In this document: in pieces, positions 58,943-64,000 of the stretch
Position numbering within the stretch: position 1 is the first letter of the stretch
Layout of the letters: each line of letters begins with the position of its first letter
From: a virus
Virus record (IMG/VR): IMGVR_UViG_3300044701_003269
Span: 64,001-128,000 of that record
Strand: one strand, 5' to 3'
DNA length: 64,000 nt
Notes under the pieces: generated by a model
Databases searched by the model: none
Told to the model about the DNA's origin: nothing
The model's input: only the letters and a program-made list of their open reading frames with translations
Made by a program: the position numbers and the translations under genes

Positions 58943-59256
58943 TTTCTACAGAACTATTCCCCTACGAAAATCACCCATACAGATTAGAGTTTGGTGAAAA
59001 GAAAAACCCTACAGTCTGTTTCTTTTCGTGTGAAGAACACTTGCAAAAATACCTCACACGGTATAAACTGGATGAGAGAACTATTAAACTTGATTACCGT
59101 GATGGAGAACCCGTTGAGTCTGGTAAAAAACAGCAGAACAGTATACAGAAAAGACCTAGAAAGACCAGTGACCGAAGTTCTGGTACAAGTAAAGGACGAA
59201 CCACCCTCGTGGATTCCCCTAGAAACACTACTAGCCCTACAAAGCGTAAGAAATGA
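58939..59256 (+). CDS. hypothetical protein, 105 aa
   Basis: TTGA overlap start. Confidence 0.6.
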   Translation: MISTELFPYENHPYRLEFGEKKNPTVCFFSCEEHLQKYLTRYKLDERTIKLDYRDGEPVESGKKQQNSIQKRPRKTSDRSSGTSKGRTTLVDSPRNTTSPTKRKK

Positions 59257-59269
59257 CATCCAAAACTAA
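59102..59269 (+). CDS. hypothetical protein, 55 aa, overlapping the previous gene
   Basis: MENPLSLVKNSR..PPSWIPLETL. Confidence 0.5.
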   Translation: MENPLSLVKNSRTVYRKDLERPVTEVLVQVKDEPPSWIPLETLLALQSVRNDIQN

Positions 59270-59420
59270 TCTTATTCTTGCTCTGCAGCAAGTAGAAAAC
59301 ATTGGTAATCTTGTGCGAGAGAATAACTATGAAGCATTTTTTACTTCACATCTTTTGCCTATTAAATTTGAACTTGAACGACAACTAACACTACAAAAGA
59401 ATGGAAAAGAAACTATATGA
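59253..59420 (+). CDS. hypothetical protein, 55 aa
   Basis: MTSKTNLILAL..FELERQL; read by hand. Confidence 0.6.
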   Translation: MTSKTNLILALQQVENIGNLVRENNYEAFFTSHLLPIKFELERQLTLQKNGKETI

Positions 59421-59607
59421 TGATGCCTTCTATGTGGAGGAAAAGAAGTATGGGCTTTGGACCTCATCAGATAAAGAAGGTAATGGTATTATCACATCAC
59501 TAACTGAGGAGCAGTGTGTTAGGTCTACACGATGGTATTTGAAAGCAAAGCAGGAGGGATTTGAGGAAACGCAAACATACGATGGCGAAGTAGGAGGCAA
59601 ACTCTAA
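59401..59607 (+). CDS. hypothetical protein, 68 aa
   Basis: Ends YDGEVGGKL. Confidence 0.7.
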   Translation: MEKKLYDDAFYVEEKKYGLWTSSDKEGNGIITSLTEEQCVRSTRWYLKAKQEGFEETQTYDGEVGGKL

Positions 59608-59617
59608 ATATCAGAAG

Positions 59618-59842
59618 ATGCCTATTCTTCGGATGGAAGAACTGCATAAAGGAGATACCGTTAAGTTTGTTGGTTGCTCCAAAGAACAGATAAACTGGGG
59701 CAACAATGATGACCCAAATAAACTACTTTTCGTTGGTGATAAGTATATCATTGAAAAAGTAGAAGTCCATTCATACCACACAAAATTGACACTTCGCGGT
59801 GTTTATGGTAGATTTAACTCAACTTGTTTTAAAAAAGTATGA
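59618..59842 (+). CDS. hypothetical protein, 74 aa
   Basis: ORF in a packed run. Confidence 0.7.
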   Translation: MPILRMEELHKGDTVKFVGCSKEQINWGNNDDPNKLLFVGDKYIIEKVEVHSYHTKLTLRGVYGRFNSTCFKKV

Positions 59843-59947
59843 CTACAAGAACTTTTATTGACAAAAATGGAAACAGTTGGGAGTGGGAAGAAACTCCCGA
59901 AACTGTTGAAGCACTCAAACAATTACATAATACTGTGAAGCAAGTAA

Positions 59948-60178
59948 ATGAACAGCAAACCACTAACGCCTGAAGAAGTCCAGGTAGCAGCAGAGCAATT
60001 CTTTCCACTATTTGATATTGTTCGCAATCGTATGCCCGAAAGTGCTACTATAGAAGACACACTGAAAGTAATGGAAACTGTCTGTGGTCTCGCACACAAA
60101 CTTCGAGCAGAGGAAGAGAAAATCAAGTTCGGATTTAATAAGAATGAAACTAACACCGAACCAGCAACTGTGGGCTGA
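59948..60178 (+). CDS. hypothetical protein, 76 aa
   Basis: ORF in a packed run. Confidence 0.7.
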   Translation: MNSKPLTPEEVQVAAEQFFPLFDIVRNRMPESATIEDTLKVMETVCGLAHKLRAEEEKIKFGFNKNETNTEPATVG

Positions 60179-60311
60179 TGTGTTTAGATGTGCTGTCTAT
60201 CGGTCTAATCTTTACTTTGAAGAGAAAGACCTTGATAGGCACGCAAGAGAGCACACAACAGCAATTTTAGCACTTCAAAAGGGTGAAAAATTTTGGATGA
60301 AATTTCTGTAG
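60144..60311 (+). CDS. hypothetical protein, 55 aa
   Basis: In-frame ATG of track ORF 60084. Confidence 0.6.
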   Translation: MKLTPNQQLWADVFRCAVYRSNLYFEEKDLDRHAREHTTAILALQKGEKFWMKFL

Positions 60312-60462
60312 AGTATCAATACCACGTTTTTGATGAAACAACTCCTTGGTATGAATGGTTAATGTATTGTGAAATCTGCCATCAATTAGACGTTCCAGGT
60401 CAACCTTCCCTGGGACGTTTTATGGCATATCGTAGATATTTAAAATCTGTTGGATTATTATA

Positions 60463-60687
60463 ATGATTCGTAAATTTATCAAATGGTTTATCACACCTTC
60501 ACCTAAGCCTATTGTTGAAGATGTTGACTTGTATGCTAAAATTGTAGAACTTGAGAATCGGATTGCAGACCTAGAATGTGAAAATGTGGAGACATCAAAT
60601 TGTCTTTATGAACTATCAAATCATATTGAGGCAGTTGATGCTCGTATAGATATTTTGTCCGTTGAAGCATTTACAAAAAATGTATGA
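60463..60687 (+). CDS. hypothetical coiled-coil protein, 74 aa
   Basis: ORF in a packed run. Confidence 0.7.
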   Translation: MIRKFIKWFITPSPKPIVEDVDLYAKIVELENRIADLECENVETSNCLYELSNHIEAVDARIDILSVEAFTKNV

Positions 60688-60853
60688 ACTCGACGATTTT
60701 GAAAAAGCACTGTCACATTTTGGAAAAAGAGTTGAAATCATTATTGCACTTGAAATGGGTGGAAAGTTAAATGCTGAAGCTGCTTACAAGAATATTAAAT
60801 ATGAACTCAGAGAACTCAAAAAACTTAGAAAGAAGCACAACAAGGAGATGTAG
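60680..60853 (+). CDS. hypothetical protein resembling a small conserved cyanobacterial protein, 57 aa
   Basis: F..RV..I..LE.GGKL..E.AY..IK pattern. Confidence 0.65.
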   Translation: MYELDDFEKALSHFGKRVEIIIALEMGGKLNAEAAYKNIKYELRELKKLRKKHNKEM

Positions 60854-60973
60854 TAATTGTGGTGAAGTAAAACCACTTGATGAAAATCACTACCAACCTC
60901 TAAAACATTTCAAAGAACACTTTTCGTTCTATTGCAACGAGTGTAACAAACCCAAACCCAAAGAAGATTGATT

Positions 60974-61765
60974 ATGACTGACTTTGATTATAAAAAGTAT
61001 TCACTTGAAAAACTTGAAACTTGGGTGAGAGATGCTGTGTCTTCTGCAGAAGCATCTCCGCACGAAATTTATGAAACCATCACAAAAGTTGTGAAGGACG
61101 AATACTATTACTTCAAAAACCAAACAAGTCGTCTTTATGAACTTCTTAGTTTATTGAATGGTTTTGGTAAGAGTCAATATGAATCTATTTCTGACCCTGA
61201 CTTGTGGGATACTATTAAAGATAGAGAATATTATGAAGGATGGGATTATAAATTAACTTGTGATAAAGATGATAAGTCTCCCGAGTGTCAAAAAGCCTGG
61301 AATGATTTCTGGGAAGAGAACTATTATCCTGAAGAACATTCGCAATACTCTAAAGAAACAGTAGATGATGGTATGCGTCCTTGGGGTCATAGTGATTTGG
61401 AATATCTTGCCAACTCTGTTCTAACTGAAGACCGCATTAGTAATTTTCCTGGAGAACAATACTCTGAAGAAGAACTAAACGCGATGTGTGATAGAGCAGC
61501 ATCGCAACAAGAGAAAGAAAAGTGCCGTGAATATAACCTACGGGAAGCAGAGTATTATGATAAGAGAGCAAAGCTTGACGCAGAGCAAGATAAAGTGGTA
61601 AAATGGCAACTACCTGTTGAAGTTGACGGATTAACTGGTGATTGTTTTATTCAATTCCCAGATGATTTGTTGGAAGCAGCGAATCTAAAAGAAGGCGACC
61701 AAGTAGAATGGGTTGACCTTAAAAATGGTAATTATGAATTGAGGAAAGTAAATGGCACTAAGTGA
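60974..61765 (+). CDS. acidic protein with C-terminal AbrB/MazE-like domain
   Basis: FIQFPDDLLEAANLKEGDQVEW. Confidence 0.7.
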   Translation: MTDFDYKKYSLEKLETWVRDAVSSAEASPHEIYETITKVVKDEYYYFKNQTSRLYELLSLLNGFGKSQYESISDPDLWDTIKDREYYEGWDYKLTCDKDDKSPECQKAWNDFWEENYYPEEHSQYSKETVDDGMRPWGHSDLEYLANSVLTEDRISNFPGEQYSEEELNAMCDRAASQQEKEKCREYNLREAEYYDKRAKLDAEQDKVVKWQLPVEVDGLTGDCFIQFPDDLLEAANLKEGDQVEWVDLKNGNYELRKVNGTK

Positions 61766-61982
61766 ATCCGTAGAACAAAGCTTAAAAGAAGCAGAATCAA
61801 ATTTGAGAAATGCTCTTGCATATTCTGCAAGACAAGAAAAACCTTTTGTAAGTCGTGAGATTTCGGAGATGATTTGTCGAATTGATAGTCTAATCAAAAC
61901 CGACCAACTCCTAGATACACTTGAAAATAGAATGAAAGGATTGGGTGATGATAAAGGTTCTTTTGGAACTTTCTTTAGTTAA
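61752..61982 (+). CDS. hypothetical protein, 76 aa
   Basis: GAGG RBS; LRNALAYSARQE. Confidence 0.75.
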   Translation: MALSESVEQSLKEAESNLRNALAYSARQEKPFVSREISEMICRIDSLIKTDQLLDTLENRMKGLGDDKGSFGTFFS

Positions 61983-62076
61983 GAACTGTTAATACACTCT
62001 AAAGACAATATTAAGAAACCGCACATCTTGCTTAAATACTGTTAGGATATGAAGACAAACGCGGGAGCAAAACAGT

Positions 62077-62241
62077 ATGACTCTTCCATCAAGGGGACAA
62101 GAGAATCTAACAGAAGATGAATGGTATAGAATGACCGCACTTAAAAATGTAATCAATCAAAGACCAGCAGCAGTTGTCCCAGAAAAAATGGAAGAGTTTA
62201 CTGAGTATTTGGTGAGAAGTTTAAAAGAAAAGGGTGGTTGA
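62077..62241 (+). CDS. hypothetical protein, 54 aa
   Basis: MTLPSRGQENLTEDEW..; GGGAG RBS; read by hand. Confidence 0.65.
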   Translation: MTLPSRGQENLTEDEWYRMTALKNVINQRPAAVVPEKMEEFTEYLVRSLKEKGG

Positions 62242-62281
62242 ATTAAAGTTACTTAGCTCCAAAGTGGACCTATAGTGTAAG
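62241..62281 (+). repeat. 41-bp promoter-like repeat, copy 2
   Basis: 38/41 identical to 50755..50795. Confidence 0.85.
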
Positions 62282-62293
62282 CACATCATTGAA

Positions 62294-62704
62294 ATGGCAA
62301 CTCGCGGACGAATCGGACTGGAACTGAAAGACGGTTCTATTCTTTCGGTTTATCATCATTGGGACTCTTATGAATCCTGGTTGGGTCGTATTCTCACCAC
62401 TCACTACAACTCTTATGAGAAAGCTGCAGAGTTGATTGATGGTGGAGATATGAGTTCTGCGTGGACTAATGCAGGTTTCAACAATGAAACTGTCGCACAA
62501 GGTCCGCTGTATTATTCTCAACGCGGTGATGATTGCCCCCCTCGCCTTGATGCTGACCTCTGTGAGTTTCTGCTGCCTGATAATAGCGAAGAGTATGCCT
62601 ATGTCTTCCGCAATAGTGAGTGGGTATGCTATAATATGAATCAGTTTGACGACAGCAAACTGCCTGAAGTTGTTGAAATCCCTAGTGGAGCACTTGCAGT
62701 ATGA
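62294..62704 (+). CDS. hypothetical early protein (MATR..YxHWD type), 136 aa
   Basis: ORF directly after the repeat element. Confidence 0.8.
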   Translation: MATRGRIGLELKDGSILSVYHHWDSYESWLGRILTTHYNSYEKAAELIDGGDMSSAWTNAGFNNETVAQGPLYYSQRGDDCPPRLDADLCEFLLPDNSEEYAYVFRNSEWVCYNMNQFDDSKLPEVVEIPSGALAV

Positions 62705-62853
62705 ATACTTATGAGTTTTGGAATGAATCTGCAGACGAAACTATTGAGATTGAAGCTGATGGATTTGAGGAAGCATCGACCATTATGTTTGGCGATGGAG
62801 AATACGATTCCAAAGATTGGACCCTTCTAACTGTAAACGGTCAGTATTGAACT

Positions 62854-63045
62854 ATGAAAACTTCTACTGCTATTGGCGTTATTATTGGTGCTATTGCTAT
62901 TGTAACTGCCAGCATCTTATTTGAAGCAGCATTGCTTGGATTGATTTTGTCTTGGTTCAACGTATCCTTGACCTTCTGGCAGAACCTTGCTATTGTGGTT
63001 CTTGCTAATATGATTTTCAAAAACACTGGGAGTTCTTCTAAGTGA
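62854..63045 (+). CDS. small membrane protein, 63 aa
   Basis: Two hydrophobic segments. Confidence 0.7.
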   Translation: MKTSTAIGVIIGAIAIVTASILFEAALLGLILSWFNVSLTFWQNLAIVVLANMIFKNTGSSSK

Positions 63046-63553
63046 ATCGCAAATACATTATCACTTTTGCATTGGGATTCCTTGCAATCATTGGATGGAA
63101 TGTGTTTCTAATCCAACGTGATGAGAAACTCTATGATTCATACTATCGCGCAAAAGCGATGGAGAATCTAAAGAAACCACCTTCTGCTGAAATACGGTGA
63201 TTTACTTTCTTCTTATTTCTGCAGCATTTGGGTGGTTCTTTTATGTCCTATTCTCCAAACATTTTGATTACTTAGACGAGAGAAAAAACAAATGATTCCT
63301 AAACTACTTCGAGAGCTGATTATGAACGCCGAACGCGAAAAAGTTGCCCGTGATTTTTGGGACGAGATTGAGCGTCTTGCTGCCGAAAAAGAAGTGACTG
63401 TCGATTATTTCTTAGCTGAGTTTTACTGATGATTTTTATTGCTGGATTTGGTCTTGGTATTCTAGTCACAATCGGAGTTGCACTTATTGTCTCTGGTGAT
63501 ATTGACAACAACACTGATTTTCGTTAAACTTAAGGAGTAATTTACAAACAACA

Positions 63554-63796
63554 ATGGCACAAAAGTTTCTCTACATTGTAGACCACTACATTCCTTTTCC
63601 TTCTAGTGAATATGGCGGACTTTGGAATGTAATTGCAGAAGATGATAACGAATGTTTTGATTTGATTTCTGCAGAAGATGATGGTAATTTCTACGAACAG
63701 CACTATACTGTTCTTCGTGAAAACATCTTAAATGCAAGAACTTATGCACTTGCCGAAGACTTGCAATCCACTGTTGTTGAAAGCTTTACGACCTGA
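63554..63796 (+). CDS. hypothetical protein, 80 aa
   Basis: YIVDHYIPFPSSEYGG. Confidence 0.75.
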   Translation: MAQKFLYIVDHYIPFPSSEYGGLWNVIAEDDNECFDLISAEDDGNFYEQHYTVLRENILNARTYALAEDLQSTVVESFTT

Positions 63797-64000
63797 TGAT
63801 TAATACTACAATCAACCGCCTGGAATTCGATTTGAAAGAACAGTACCAGGCACAAATTAATCGTCTTCAAAATAAGATTAGCGAGCAGGAACAAGAGATT
63901 GCCAAACTCAAAACACTGATTTCTCTTCTTACTATTGAACGAGAGTATGATTGCTGAATTTCCGCACAAAGCCCCAAAAGATTATAGTTATGAGTTCGAA

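Overview
This is 64 kb of an AT-rich T4-like cyanophage genome (Kyanoviridae-like). The assignment is inferred from T4-type late promoters (ATAAATA/TATAAATA), tRNA genes and cyanomyovirus-type gene families. Almost all genes are on the + strand. (1) 1-2100: tRNA-Leu(UAA) split by a compact 198-nt group I intron, tRNA-Thr(UGU), a Mom-like GNAT gene and a candidate small RNA. (2) 2136-44723: a very large late-promoter-driven fiber/adhesin region with collagen-like shafts, two peptidase-S74 fibers, an FG-GAP propeller, three LamG proteins, six glycine-rich tip proteins and small acidic partners. These genes are built from shuffled DNA modules and from recurring C-terminal/N-terminal motif pairs that suggest a branched fiber tree. 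(3) 27084-28508 and 44734-49621: five 2OG-Fe(II) oxygenases plus sulfotransferase-like, glycosidase-like and TPR-methyltransferase genes. (4) 49610-64000: an early region of small hypothetical genes with two families of repeated promoter elements and a free-standing GIY-YIG-like endonuclease. The endonuclease is preceded by a promoter-hairpin-terminator unit that is antisense to its own 5' leader. All product calls come from recognising motifs by eye; no database searches were run.
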